DNA of 64,000 bases from Curvularia clavata. Taxonomy: Eukaryota. The position numbers and the translations under genes were made by a program. Positions 48,757 to 61,355 of this stretch are shown piece after piece (position 1 is the first letter of the stretch; every line of letters starts with the position of its first letter). A model generated the notes under the pieces. That model ran no database searches, was not told where the DNA came from, and was given only the letters and a program-made list of their open reading frames with translations. The stretch is from contig CP089276.1 of assembly GCA_023920165.1 (NCBI GenBank), positions 4,464,001 to 4,528,000 of the forward strand, written 5' to 3'.

Positions 48757-50153
48757 TGAGGGTCTTTTCTCGAGAAAATGGTGATACTAGGGGTTACTGC
48801 GACGCCGGTAGGCAAGATCAGCTGCGAGAGTGTTTTTTCGGAGTGTCCATGGTGTAGATACTGCGATACTGCCAATCCACGTTCTTCTATCCATTATCTT
48901 CTCCAGATGCGCTATGCCGTCACTTAGTCTACATACCAGGCCTTGCGCAGGTACCCAAAACCGGTTCCTGGGGCATGCCCACATCGCGCTGCAGGGGTTG
49001 GCTGGATTGGATAACGGTCGCCACCCGGCTTTCGGACCGCGCCATAGCTTGTTTTGCGATAGGGTTTGCAGACGTTGAGGTGTGTTGGACGGTGGTTGGC
49101 GGGCGTGTCCAAGGCTTGGTCGAGGAAGAACGCCAGGGTCTGCTGGGTATTGCGTCATTGCTCGACGATCTGCTTGACACAAAACACGACTGGCTGCGGC
49201 ATCGCCTCTTCTATCTCGAGCACAGAGCTTGAGCATATTTGCGCCGTGTATAGGATACCTTGAGGGTAAGTAGGAGGTTCCGTTACTTCACTAGATTGTG
49301 ACTTGCCCTGGTCCGCGATGGACCAGTGCATCCTCGGCTTTTGAATCGCACGGCTCTAGACCTCAGTCTTTCTGTTTCTTCTTCTCGGGTGGCCTAAAAC
49401 AAGAGTCGTCGGAGTATCTATCCCAAAGTCGTGCGATTGGTGTCGTCCAAGTTCTCCGAGGAAGCCCTCACATATAGGTACCGAGAATGTGTGGGTCGGG
49501 TCGAGCGCGGAACCTTCAATCTCCCACAACCATCTCGCACCCAACTCTTTCTGCCCAGATTTGGCTGTATGTATCATAATTTGGAACCTCGGGTTATCAA
49601 GTAACGACTTCCATGCCTCTGTGAAAATGGAATTGCATGGGATTTAGCCAGACAAGTCGCCCTGAACAGGATCAAACTCCTTACCCTTGAGCGAAAATGC
49701 ACTCCTTTTGCGGCACCGCGCTCATGTCGTACAAGAATCCTAACGGGAGACCTCTCCCCCGGGCAGATGAGACCTAGTGATGCCACAAGCCATCGTATCA
49801 TCGATCCTCTAGAACCAACCCCTGCATTCTCTATATAGCCTCCCGACACCCCATTGGACGGGCGAATTCCGTGTCTGCAGACAACACAAGCTAAGCCGTG
49901 ACGGGCCAGTGATTTCCGGCCACTATGGCTAATGGAAGATGAGGCCAACAGTTCTATTGCATGAGCCAGGTACACATCCAACAAGTGACGGGCCGCCTCG
50001 GCGCGGCTGACACAATGTGTATCCATCCGGTCGGATCCATCACATGTGTGGTATACAATGATCAAAAGACAGTGATTATGGGCGGCTAGATTATCATCAC
50101 GTCTTCTCCACTGCTACCCAAGCCTTGGAGCCTAGTATCGCAAATCATCCATC

Positions 50154-51476
50154 ATGGCGGGTGGTGTTGCGCCAGAAGCTGTTGTCGTAAGTGTTCTGTC
50201 GATCTGTTCCAGGAGATGAGTGCAACGTTATCTTTGCTAACGGTCATTTTACACAGCCTATTGAGTCTGTCCTACTCGGCTTTTGTATACTCGTAGCTTC
50301 TGGCCGTCTTGTTCCACGACTTCTGCAGCGACAACGACTCACCTTGAGCGACTGCCTTTTGGTGGCATCAATCCTCGACGCCATTGGACTTTTCATTACC
50401 GATGTCATGACATATGAATTGGGTGGCATGTCAGAAGAAGACTTGGAAACATCCCATGCCCAGCAAATTGCGCTCAAGAAAGTAAGGATGCCAATCTGTC
50501 GGTGTGCAGAAAAACGATTGGATCGACAGTAGGCTGACAATCGCCCCGACAGGTACAATTTGCTGGTAATGCCTTCTATGACACTGGAATATACTGGCCA
50601 AAGCTGGCTATTCTGGCGTTGTATTTTCGACTCATCCCACCTACTATGCCGTGGCTGCGAAAAGCGCTATATACAGTAGTCGCCTTTACCACCGGCGCCA
50701 TGGTCACGACCTTTTTCCTGGATACATTCTGGTGTGGTTCCGAAGTATCAGTGAACTGGTCTCTAGAAGAAGGTGCTTGCAACACATTCTCATCCAAAAA
50801 TGTTTTCAGGATCGACTGGAGCATGAACTTCTTGTCAGACATACTGAGTAAGCAGTGACATACGTTGCTATGTGCTGAGCATTAATCTGACCATATGACA
50901 ATAGTTTTTGCATTGCCGTTTCCGCTTCTCCATTCTTTGCAGCTTAAGCGCCGTCAGATCTGGGGTCTCGTTTTGACGTTTTCCCTTGGAGCAGTCACGA
51001 TAGCGATGAGCGTGGTTCGCTTTATAACAATAGAGGTTATCTATGCCTGGACCAACGTTTGTATGTTGTTGATTTGCCTGTGCGGGAAAAGCACATACTG
51101 CCTTACAAAAGCTAACATGGATACAGTTGTACTTTCCATGGCCGAATTGGCCACCGCCATCATTGTGGTCTCGCTGCCGTCCATGAGATCCTTTCTACGG
51201 ACCGGTGGTTTCTTCTCCTTTCACAAAAAATCACACACATCAGAGTCTCGTACGACATATGGACAACGCACGCCCGCAAACGGCTCGCAGGGCTTCATGC
51301 GCGCTTCCCGAAGAAGCAAACACACCGTTCGTATCCACAGTGATGAAGAATCTGGAAGCGAGGTGGAGCTCAACAGTATAGGGAGGAAGGATGTCATCTA
51401 CGAAACGCGCCGAGTCAGCGTGCAATTTTCGCAGTCCCAGGACGAAGACAGCCATATGGTTGGCAAACTATCATAG
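50154..51476 (+). CDS. Pth11-like 7TM receptor (no CFEM), long cytosolic tail; 4 introns
   Basis: MAGGVAPEAVV-PIE…SDCLL…FYDTGIYWPKLAILALYFRL…DTFWC…DIL-IFALPFPLL…VRF…AELATAIIVVSLP. Confidence 0.88.
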
Positions 51477-52486
51477 GAGCAGCCCAGGAGCTAGCCGCTG
51501 GTTGTCCAATTGGCATTGTGAGCGGCGTGAATGTGGACCGAGGTGGTACGAGAGCGAAGGATCAGACACAGGGTCCTTATGTGCCGGGGTTAGCAGGCTC
51601 TCCGTATTCCCAGCGTGTAGGATTGAATTTTCAGATGCTGCATTACGGAATTTGCGAGCGGAGCCATTAACATATGCTCTGGCCATGATGGCGCATGTAT
51701 GCCTGCTCACAGAGCGGTCCGCGATCGTGGCCAAACCGCGCCTCTCGGGACGCTGCTCCAAGCGAGACGTTACTCTTCTTCTTGGCACCCACCCGTGCCG
51801 CAAGCATGCCGCGCGGGGTGGATCAGCATTGGCAGAATGCTTCGCTTATATTGCTATCAGTCTGGTAAATTCAGCCACCGGCCCCAGGCATGAAAACAAT
51901 TACTGTCACGGCACTGGTGTGCCTTCATACTACCTACATAGTTTCCTTGTCCGTAGCAGCAAGTGAGCGATCATCCTGCAACCAAAGGCAATGTATTGAA
52001 AAAAAAGGGACCAGAAACATACCATGTGCACCCTCGGCATGGCCCGAAAATGCCCACCATTAGTCTAGATGAAAACCCAGACCAATGGTTCAGCCGCTAT
52101 GGCAACCATGCGGAGACTCCTGTTGGGTACGGCCTATCCCTTTCGCGGCACCGAAGACCGCCCCTCCATTACGAGAAGCTCTTCTGCATGTAACATGCAA
52201 TTGGGGCATCTGGCATTCCTTCAAACGATTGAGGGCTAATATCCGGCCTGCAACCTTTTCTGATAGGTGAAGTAGTCGCCCGCCGAGATACCACCCAAGC
52301 TCTTGTCAAGCGGTTCGTGCGTGAGCTCAATCTGCTTCCCCTGCAACATGCTAGTGTGCGTGGCTTATATACAAATGCCATGGAGGCAGTTGTCAACAAT
52401 CTGAAGCGAGCGAACCACCTTCCCATCATTGGCTTTCAACCTGTTCAGCTTTGTGACAAATTTTGTCACACCACAGCAAAACAACA

Positions 52487-53468
52487 ATGGCATACTTCAT
52501 TGATGGCAAAGACTGCATGGTAACTTTTCCCATCCAACGCCACGAAACAATAGGTGGCATGGTATAGACAAGCTGACGGGGAAAATCGGTTTAGGTCTCG
52601 GAATGGATCCTCCTCATTTTCGCGTACCTGTTTGTTGCTGCACGCATCTACACGCGTCTGGTCCGGCTACACTCAAAGTTGGACTGGTCTGACTACCTAC
52701 TTCTCGCGTCAGCACTCGTAGCCCTAGGGCTAATCATCTGCGACACGCTCACATTCGAGATGGGCGTCATGGACGAATATGAACCATCTGTGAAATTATC
52801 AAAGGTAAGTTGATGCCTTCACTGCGAGCACTCCGACCAAAATTAACCCTTGTGCCAGATCTCCTTCGCTTCCAACTACTTTTACGACGTTGGCATGGGC
52901 TTCCCCAAACTCAGTATGTTGGCATTCTACTGGGCATTCTTCAATCTGTCGGGTCACCCTGGACTGCGCAAGATGCTTTTTGCCATTACTGCATTCGTAG
53001 TCGCGTGCTACCTCACCATTCTCTTCGACGACACCTTCTTCTGCGGTGTTCCTGTTTCCGAGCAGTGGTCGCAAGAAGAGGGCGCATGCTCGGTGTTTTA
53101 CGCTCCCGAACCCTTCATCCTCAACTTCACCCTCAACTTGGCGTGTTATCTCGTCGTCTACGCTGTTCCCCTCATTCTCTTGGTCAAGGGCATACTGAGA
53201 TCCTCGACTGGTGTTGCTCTTACCTTTGCCCTGGGTGGTCTTACCATTGCCTCGAGCATTGTGCGCTTTGTCTGCCTCAAAGTCGGTACGGGCCAAGAAA
53301 ACTTGGTTTGTAAGTACTACCCATAAAGTGCCAGTGTCTGAAATAAGCCGGATTAGCTAACACCTCTTCTCCACAGATCCTCTCAGTATGGTCGAGATGA
53401 CCCTTTCTATCATCGTCGTTGCTTTGCCCGGCCTGAAGCCGCTTGTCAGGAACGAATCAAAGATATAG
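52487..53468 (+). CDS. second Pth11-like 7TM receptor, almost no cytosolic tail; 3 introns
   Basis: MAYFIDGKDCM-VSEWILL…WSDYLL…FYDVGMGFPKLSMLAFYW…DTFFC…VRF…VEMTLSIIVVALPGLKPLVRNESKI*. Confidence 0.88.
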
Positions 53469-54189
53469 GAAGCCGTCGGAATGGGGCAGATGAGAGGCAT
53501 CACGTATGCGCGCGTGTGTGCATGTCGTTGAATCAGATGCAATATAGAACTATATAGACTAATGAATAGCTTTCTTGCTTCTATCAAGCTATTCCGCAAC
53601 TGGCAAAATTGGGAAATGGTGAAACACAAAGCCACCCTACGTGATAGTACAATGACAACCCCCAAAAGCAGCTGTAGATGCCACAGTTACTTGTTGTTTG
53701 CTATCCCGACAGCTTGTCTTGGTAGTTGAGCTTGTTTTGGAATCCTGGTTTCACGGGTTATGGAAGAGCAAAAGGTCGTGGTTCCACCTAGTACTACCTA
53801 CCGACCCACCATCGGAGGCCAATGGAACGGCAACTCAATCACAACGATGTGTCGTATCTTACTGCAATCTAGCATATCTAGCACAGTTTATTGAAGCTGC
53901 TTACGTGGTTTCTGAATTTTCTACACATGCAATGTTGCATTTCTTTGTTAAGATCAGTCAGTAAGTCGGCGGCGTTTGCTTTTGTTTGCCTAAGGTCTGT
54001 GCCTAACCTCAAACTCACCTTCATTTTCACTACCGTTTGTCCTAAGTGACGAAGCACAGACATATTGTTATCTATTTCAATGCTAGTTCCGTGCGACTAT
54101 CTCCAGGTTACCCAACCTTGTCCGCTTTTTCTGTCGACCTTTGCACACATCAAGACTCAATTTCGAGTTCCTTTCACTTGAAAGCAGCC

Positions 54190-55759
54190 ATGACACATCG
54201 TCTCTACCACTCCATTATCGAGGAGTTAAGCTCCTTTATCGGGAGCAAATCCGCTACTTTTGTCTGCGGTGGTCGTGTTCCTATCGTAAAGATGCTTCCT
54301 TCCCAACTGAGTTTTTAAATGAGTACTAATGTGTTCCCTAGTCAAACTCCGAAGTACACGAAGCGGCCGATACCCTTTCGACACCCCCGGTCACTATCCG
54401 TTGGGATTCCCAAAGCACTTCGGCGGTATCGAAGCTCGTGTTTCCGATCGATGACTCCAATCCAGACCAGAAAGCCTCCCTTCTCAAGTTAGTCGATAAC
54501 TGTCAACCTGCGAGCTTTGGCTACAAAGGGGAGGATGTCATCGACGAATCGTACCGCAAGGCCACGAAACTGGATTGCACAACCTTCTCGACTGATTTCT
54601 GTCCATACAAACTTGGTATCATCGATACCATTGCTCAGATGCTGCTACCAAATGCTCGAGATTACCTGGGTACGCAGGGTGTTAGGGCTGAGTTGTATAA
54701 GCTCAATGTAGGTCTCTCGTCCGAACGGGGCAGATCCTCATTCCATCGAAACTATAATCTTGTTACTAACATGTAGACAAGATTTACGGTGCACCGTCCG
54801 GGTTCTTCAAGGCCCATGTGGATACCCCTCGCTCGACTACCCAGTTTGGATCTCTCGTAGTTTGCCTCCCGTGCGAGCATGAAGGTGGTCAACTCGTTGT
54901 GCGTCACGCTGGAAATTCTACCACCTTCGATTGGGGTGCCTCTGGATCCGATGGCAAGAAAAAGACTGCTGTTCAGTGGGCAGCCTTCTACAGTGACTGC
55001 GAACACGAAGTATTGGAGGTTACCAAAGGCCATCGCATCACCTTGACATACAACCTCTTTGCGGCTCCAGGTGTTGGTGACTTGGCTGGCAACAGCCCTG
55101 CTATGGATGTCAAACAACTCCCGTTGTTCAAAAAGATCAGGGATGCACTCCAAGACGAAAATTTCATGCCCAAAGGTAAGTAACTGGACAAAGATCCATC
55201 TGGCTATCTAACATATTGTAGGGGGATATCTTGGTGTCTTTTGTCAACATGCTTATGCTCATTCGACAAAGGAGGGCGCAAAAGCCCTCCCAACGGTCCT
55301 CAAAGGTGTCGATATGGCCGTTTACTCTGTATTCAAGCGACTCGGTCAACGTGTCAAAGTCCGCCCTGTCTTTGATCTAGATAATCCTGGGCTCTGGAAC
55401 GACGAGTACGACGACACGCAGGATGAAGATGAAGACCAAGAAAGTGAAGAGAATGGCGTGAAAGCGTTCGTGGGCAACTCCTGTGGGCAAATTGTAGTCA
55501 CCGATGCTGGCGGCTATGAAGGCTCGTCAAACGACGAAATACTTAGGGCTGCTCCGGGTGATTGGCTCCGGGTCGTTTGGCTGAACAGGCCGTCTTCCAC
55601 AAACATGAGCTTCGTGCATATGACGGTAAGTAGGCACTAGTTCTGGAACAGCCTTCCGATAACTAATGATCAATTCAGTATGGGAATCAAGCTGGCGTGA
55701 ACGAAGTGTATACTTCTGCCGCTTTGATCATCACGATCAGCCCTTTTAAAGATTCCTGA
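54190..55759 (+). CDS. 2OG-Fe(II) dioxygenase (prolyl-4-hydroxylase-like); 4 introns
   Basis: LYKLN-IYG…FFKAHVDTP (HxD), GSLVVCLP..HEGGQL, and FYSDCEHEV…GHRITLTYNL (distal His and Arg). Confidence 0.9.
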
Positions 55760-56014
55760 AGCTTCTGTGCGCTAGGATCTTTGTCCTCAAAATTGGTATA
55801 TGAGCTTTTTGAAGCAACGTTTGCTTCGTATTTCATCATACCACGTTCACGAACGCATATTTCAGACTGTGACTCAGGAACAATCCATTTGACTACCTTT
55901 GTATCCCAATGAGCATGTAGATCCATTGAGACTAGCCTAAAGAGTTCACGTTTATAAAAGAATGTCTACCATGCATGCGAGATAACATAGATTTGGAACA
56001 AACGTAAAAGGCCT

Positions 56015-56653
56015 TTACATCACACTCAATACCAGATCCATGACTCCATCGTCTTTGCTCTTTTCACAAGCCACCGTCACGCAGAACAGATTCTTACTTG
56101 CATCCACATTGTACACCTCAAACATCCCATTCTCTGGCACTCTTGTAATGTCAACTAAAATGCGCTCAATAGATCTCTGCGATTCCTTGTGAACTGTGAG
56201 AAAGTCGCTGGGAGAATCCACGTTGTGTCGAAGTCCTCATGCGGAGTGAAGATAGTCTCGGGTGATTCTGACTCGGGCGCAGTGGAGTGGGGTGACTTTC
56301 TAATTACCGTTAGTGTGGTGTTCGTAGCGGTCGAAAGAAATAAGACGGCGAGTGGCTCTGGTTGTAGTGATATCGGACGTGTGGAGATCTGGGACCATGT
56401 ACCTGCTGCACCAGCAGTATCTTTTGCAATCTTCATTTTGGAAGTCGTGAATACTGATGCCAGAGCAACGGCAGCCGGCTAAGCCTGATTCGCAGTAGCG
56501 TGGTAACGTGTCGTGTCCTTTGCGCTGAGTGACTTTGAATTTCATAAGCTTAGAAAACCTCTTGTTATCGGCGCTCTGGTCCTCTAGACGGGTAGGCGTA
56601 GCAGTAGTATTTGGGAGAAGAGCTGCAAAGGTAGCTGAGTTGGGGAGGAGCAT
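56015..56653 (-). pseudogene. possible decayed gene for a small secreted-type protein
   Basis: Three successive protein-like ORF pieces in different frames, starting MLLPNSATFAALLPNTTATP. There is no clean GT donor and there is an apparent frameshift near 56220. Confidence 0.3.
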
Positions 56654-56988
56654 GTTACCTCTAGGCAACCTGTTACACCATGGATGGACGAATGGGGGAC
56701 TGCAGACAACAAGCAAACGATGGCTAAACTAAAGAGAGAGCTAAAAAGCTCCCTCTATAACTTAGGGATACTCTATAAGGACCAGAGCACCTCCGCGCGT
56801 CTTAACGGATTGCAAACCAAGCTTTGAAATGCTTGTTCAAGCCGCAATATAGGAGAATGGCTGCGCCAGAAGCGACTGTCATTCGTAGACCTTCATAGAG
56901 CCACATTAGTTCGAAAATAAACTCTATACTAGTTGTATGTGAGTGTTACAGCCCGTCGCGACTTATGCCAAGCCAAGAGACCATTCTG

Positions 56989-57311
56989 TAGGTGCGGCAT
57001 ATCTACTTCTACGCCGCAATATCGTAAACAGAGATTTCATTGGTTGTGTCATGTAATGCAATACGACAATAACAGGGAACAGCCTTTTTCTAACCACTTT
57101 CTTCCCGCTTAACATTTAGCTCATCCTTTAGGTGCTGCATATATACGACCGCGCCGCAGCATCCAAAACAAAGATTTTATTGGTTGTGTCGTGTAAAGCT
57201 ATACGATTATAACAGGGAGCAGCTTTCCTCTCGCCACTCTCTTTACTCTTGACGGTTAGCTTCCTCTGCGTATCCACTACCGCAGCGCAATATGGATAAC
57301 AGAGATTTCAT
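56989..57311. repeat. diverged tandem repeat, 140-bp unit, about 2.3 copies
   Basis: taggtgcNgcat at 56989 and 57129; gattt(c/t)attggttgtgtc at about 57033 and 57173; ataacaggga twice; a third agagatttcat at 57301. Confidence 0.85.
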
Positions 57312-57549
57312 ATGTCACCCCATTGATGTGTTATGACAGCATGAAACAACAGAAATACCTCACTGATTAGTCTCCCTTGGCTCGATTTAGACTGCAACTA
57401 GCTAGTGCTCAGCTTCTCTGCTCCCTCCCCATGATCGGTCTCCTTGTCTACGTTGAGGAACGCATGATTATCTATCTTCGTCTCTATTTGCTCTTACCAA
57501 CTACTCACTGCCCCTTCAGTCAATTCAATTACGCTGTAACGCTGCTAGC

Positions 57550-58596
57550 ATGTACTCTTTGCGCGATACGCTACTAAGCCCGTCACCGAAAGGCCCATCC
57601 GACATCACCAAGTTGGACGACGCCGCCCACGACCGGCAGGACACTTGCGAAAGCATCGCACGGGGGCATATCGAGACCGTCCGCCTAGCTGGCTTTACGA
57701 ATCGGACCTGGATCATTAGCGAACGATACTGTGCCCTAGGCGACGGGGTGGATTCTCTTGAGGGTTACCTCCGTTCTATATGGCATATCTACTATCAGCT
57801 TAGTCGCCATGCGTCATATGAAACCTCTGATCAAGACCGCCTGGTGCTTGATATTGTCCGTATCCAGGGACTCGGCCCACTGACTAGGCCAGTGTCCGGA
57901 AACTACGGAATCGACATCGCACGGACAGTCCAAGGCACGCTCTGGAATGATCTACCCTTTCTAGCGACTGACATGACTGACTTTTGGATCAAAAATTGCT
58001 CGTCATTGTCTAGCGCCCACCGGCTCAACTTTGCCTCCTTCTTAGCTAAGCTGGCCTCAACACGCGTGTGTAATGACAGAATCTGTCAGATTGCTCTCAT
58101 CTTGTTTCGATCTACGTTTGAAGAGACACGACAGCTTTGCAGCATGGAACATGAAAAGAAAGACGAGGAAGATGCCTCTCGAACCATGCATGACCTTGCT
58201 GTCGCAGACTTGCTGCCGGCCGCCTGCGCGTGGATCAATGAGGCTAAATATTGCCTCCTTCAACTATCTGACGTTTTCTGGAATGACTGCCCCAGCGCGG
58301 TGGGCGCAGGTGGTAAGGATTTTGTCGAATCTGAGCTGGGAATGCGATCACCAACTGGATTCACGCCATGGCGGTGGATGTACTGGCTAAAGCGCTTGCA
58401 TAGGATCCGGGACGAGGCGCACGTCGCCCATGAAGGCCATTTAGAAAAACAGGCAACTGATGCTATTGAATGGATGGTCAATGCAGTGAAGGAACGCAAT
58501 TCGGAAGTCCTCCGAGCTTACCAAAAAGGGGGGCCGGATTTGCAGCAGGATCCACAATTACGGTGCTTAGCTCCTGAATTCCCTGAAGCAAAATAA
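57550..58596 (+). CDS. DUF3632 family protein
   Basis: QDRLV..I..I, GTLWNDLPFL, NFASFLAKL, AACAWI and GFTPWRWMYWLKRL motifs. Confidence 0.85.
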   Translation: MYSLRDTLLSPSPKGPSDITKLDDAAHDRQDTCESIARGHIETVRLAGFTNRTWIISERYCALGDGVDSLEGYLRSIWHIYYQLSRHASYETSDQDRLVLDIVRIQGLGPLTRPVSGNYGIDIARTVQGTLWNDLPFLATDMTDFWIKNCSSLSSAHRLNFASFLAKLASTRVCNDRICQIALILFRSTFEETRQLCSMEHEKKDEEDASRTMHDLAVADLLPAACAWINEAKYCLLQLSDVFWNDCPSAVGAGGKDFVESELGMRSPTGFTPWRWMYWLKRLHRIRDEAHVAHEGHLEKQATDAIEWMVNAVKERNSEVLRAYQKGGPDLQQDPQLRCLAPEFPEAK

Positions 58597-59366
58597 GGTT
58601 AGACTGGATTGATCTATCAGACTACCTTACTATGCAATTTAGTATACTTGCTCTCAGGTGCATTCCGCTTCTTAGCTAAATTCACTCTCCAAACATCCCC
58701 ACTTTGAGTTGGCTCTGAACGTTTCTCATGTCGTAGCTGCCTGCCCTCACCTGACTTTATACGACCAAGGTGGAGAATACAGCGTTTTGTAGCATGAATA
58801 CGACTCCCGGTCTCCGCCTTTGCCGCACCTATCCGGCATAAGCATCGCGAGTTGTCCATGCCTTGTCTTTTGTACTTTCAACCAGAATTGTGACGCTCAG
58901 AAGGCTAAATGCAATAGCTAAGGTTAGAAACAGAGAAAATTATATCGTGACAATCATGAGAACTGATATTCAAGACATAGTATTCGTGACAGAACAGGAT
59001 TCCTCCACGCAGCTTACTGATTGCTAGTTCATGATACGAATGGAAATATGAAGTGGTCTCCACATTCACTGCATTTGTTGGATGCAGACTCATTGGCGCC
59101 ATGCTTACTGCAATCTACGTATACCGTATTGTCACTACAAACATTCTCCGACTAAGAGTGAATACGAAGATCCACAAGAACGCATGAACGGAGTTTCCGA
59201 GCGCTTACAGTGTACGAGTTGATCAGCTCTCTTCCTTGTGCAGGGTGCATATTCTTCCACTATAAAAGGCAGCTCTACTGCCTCCCGGTTCTCAACTCAT
59301 TCCATCTACAACACTCTTCTCTGGATACATTGAACCAATTCTTCTACTCGCTCTATGAAATTCACT

Positions 59367-59765
59367 ATGCAGATCATTACTACTGCCTTCTTCTTGTTTA
59401 CCGCAATGAACGCGGTAGCAACCCCAATCGAGTCTCAGCAGGGCAGCGTTGATGCTAGAGACGACCTTGTCACTGGCTTTATGCATTCTGGGGTGAGAGC
59501 AAGATCGCCTCCTGTCTTATGGTATCATTAACCACTCTCTTTATTAGCAATGCAACAGGGCTACGCAGGAATGCAAATTCACGGTCAACGGAGAAGCTCG
59601 CTCCATTCCGTGCTCTCCTAAGACTGCAAGCACCAGCGTAAGCAGTATTCTGTGTCTATGTTCTCAGTTGCACATTGCTAACATTACTCGTTCGTTGGTT
59701 AGTGCACTAAGGATGGCATGCCTTGCGCCTGGGATGACGCGACAGAGTTTGCCAAATGTGACTAG
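59367..59765 (+). CDS. PAF/AFP-family cysteine-rich antifungal protein, 92-aa prepro form; exons 59367-59492, 59548-59637, 59703-59765
   Basis: MQIITTAFFLFTAMNAVATPIESQQGSVDARDDLVTGFMHSG-QCNRATQECKFTVNGEARSIPCSPKTASTS-CTKDGMPCAWDDATEFAKCD*. It matches the PAF leader (MQIT…FLFAAM..VATPIES…DAR), the 6-Cys spacing, the gamma-core GxCx6C and the terminal CD. TATAAAAG at 59261. Confidence 0.93.
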
Positions 59766-60220
59766 ATAGTCCGTACAATGTCTTGGGCATCTCACTTTCT
59801 TCACTTTTAGTAGGATAGTAGCGCGCAAAGAAGCATACAACTTTCGGGACCTACTACATTGCCAATTAGATAACCTACTAATGAAGAAGATTTTGATGGC
59901 TATATTTGAGTAAACGCTTCGTTTGGCAGTCCCCAATGTGACCTAACTGTAACATATTATGAAACCACATGTACACATACATATAAAGCAAACTAGGGAT
60001 TTCCAAATTATAGCAAAGTACTATTGGTGTAGCAACCCCTATTTGGTTACATAACCGTATGCGTGTCATCTGCCATCTTGCCAACACAAGGCCCTAGGAA
60101 CTACTTGGAGTCAAATAGGTTGTTGCAACAGCTAATCCCATAACCGGATCTTACTTTATGGGCCCATTTTTTAACCGCGCTTGGATTAAAAGATGGAAAC
60201 TTAACTAGAGCTGGAAATTT

Positions 60221-60472
60221 ATGGGGGACTTGGCATATGATTTAGGGCTCGACTTTCAATTCATTGACCATGAGACGTGGGTCTCACGACTCTCACATGA
60301 TATCGACGTCAGCAAAGCAGCGCACTGGCTTTGTCCATTGCGCAGTATACTTGAGAATCAGGACTTCGACTATGAGAGAGTAGCTACGCCTACTACTGCC
60401 AAGGGAAGTGATGCGGAAAAGCTGTATTCTGCAACCATCAATAACGCCAAGCATTTGTCGACTATGGAGTAA
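60221..60472 (+). pseudogene. fragment resembling the C-terminus of an NRPS-type terminal reductase domain
   Basis: …LGLDFQFIDHETWVSRL…HWLCPL… weakly recalls R-domain tails. It is isolated in AT-richer DNA with no upstream ORF. Confidence 0.3.
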
Positions 60473-61355
60473 TTTTCATTGCTGACCCCGAAGAAGAGCT
60501 AGTTGCAGGTATCTTGGGAGGTGATGTTATTATACAGGGCTTTGCCACGTGGTTCAGTATGCGAGGTTTCATCAGGATGAAGTCTATAATGTTCCATGAA
60601 CTGCTTATACTCTTTGAATACGTGGAATCGATCACAAACTTTTCATTCATGCCTTGATGCTTGGTTGCACGGTTCATAGCTAAATGCCCAGTTTAGGTAA
60701 ATGGCCTATGTCGATTGGAATTAATTCTAGATAAGAGAAGATTAGGAGCGAGGGTGGACGAGAGGCTTTATAACTGCGTTCGAGAAAGCCCTTGAATAAG
60801 CTCCAAAGCATGATAATTTATGTAATAGATGGATAGCAGCTGCGAAGTATGGACATCGAATAGCTATCTGCTCTCCATGTTTTCTTTCAGATACTATCTC
60901 AGCTATCCCATCATACCCAATACAGTGGCTAGGATTCTTCCGCATTAAGAGATGAGATAAATTAGTATGCCCAACTGTCAAGAAATGTTAAGTTGCCAAG
61001 CACACGACAGCACAAACTGGTAATATCTGCACGATTTCTGCTTTGATGGTTAAGTGCACCATTCATATTTAACTTCAATTCATACATTCACAACGTACAT
61101 CTAATAAATAGAACATATCAGCCGTCGTTGGGTGCAACAAATGCACGTGAACTAACCTCAACTATTGCTAGGCTTGGCATATATTGGGGCTGCAAAGACT
61201 GATTTTATGGTTCACCATGTACTGTAGAGTTCTTTGGCAAGCATTTCAGGTTGAGCAAGTGAAATAATCATTGTTCCTAGCTCATACACGATGAATTTGA
61301 CTCATCTATCTCCGCCCACGGTCTAGTAAGATACCCGCTTCGAATCAAGGCTCCT

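Noticed and set aside
54708..54781. 2OG-dioxygenase intron using AAG while skipping a TAG 5 nt upstream
   Set aside because: The skipped TAG is probably too close to the CTAAC branch point. Ordinary acceptor choice.
56989..57311. CRISPR-like interpretation of the repeat
   Set aside because: Eukaryotic context, and the whole 140-bp unit is similar between copies, with no unique spacers.
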